Shown one piece after another: positions 63,751 to 64,000 of a stretch of 64,000 nt of DNA. Under the pieces are notes generated by a model. It was not told the DNA's origin and searched no databases. It worked only from the letters and a program-made list of their open reading frames with translations. Made by a program: the position numbers and the translations under genes. Source of the stretch: Rhina ancylostomus (lineage: Eukaryota); NCBI GenBank assembly GCA_030265395.1, contig JARFYF010000112.1, forward strand, positions 22,854,633 to 22,918,632. Reading direction: 5' to 3'. The first letter of the stretch is position 1. The number at the start of each line of letters is the position of its first letter.

Positions 63751-64000
63751 ATTGTCTGCTGTCTCCAAATACTATACCTAATATGCATGATAATAAGCCA
63801 TGGGAGCTTGTGTATCCACTTGGGTGACCTCACCTAGTTACTCAACAGAGACCTAGTACTCATAACAAATGTTTATAATATCAACACAACCTTGAAACTG
63901 ATGGGCTGCGGGACGTGCTTCCATGTTGTATGACTCTATGGTTATGACTAATCTCCAGTAAAGCAGTTTCAACCAGAAGAAAACTTGAAAAGTCACAAGT

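Noticed and set aside
1-64000. CRISPR arrays, operons, tRNA/rRNA genes, well-known miRNAs
   Set aside because: No regularly spaced repeat-spacer array. tRNA-like boxes belong to SINE heads. No mature miRNA I recall was found by eye, though that scan was not exhaustive.

Overview
This is eukaryotic, AT-rich, CpG-depleted intronic or intergenic DNA from a gappy short-read draft assembly (many ~100-N gaps, some flanked by duplicated sequence). The repeat content points to a cartilaginous fish, probably a ray/batoid: CR1 and HE1-type (CTCTATGA) tails, V-SINEs, Deu-domain SINEs, Rex1/Babar, L2, RTE, Tx1, and the typical 'TGCAGATGCTGG...' Penelope terminus. I cannot identify any intact host gene, rRNA, tRNA or CRISPR array. 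Nearly all listed ORFs are chance ORFs, gap artefacts or decayed transposon fragments. The most notable signal is about ten short Penelope-like terminal-repeat copies whose consensus spells a minimal type-I hammerhead ribozyme (CAGUC-CUGAUGA-A-GGGUC..GACCC-GAAAC-GUC-GACUG). Several are fold-back mini-elements, two of them with 14-16 bp target-site duplications, and one hosts a 65-bp TG..CA mini solo-LTR. Other points: a possible 210-nt symmetric exon at 27852-28061, tandem Tx1 remnants, a Vingi-like remnant, and a TE-poor, possibly constrained block at about 49.3-55.4 kb. Family assignments come from recalled motifs, not database searches, and TE boundaries are approximate.
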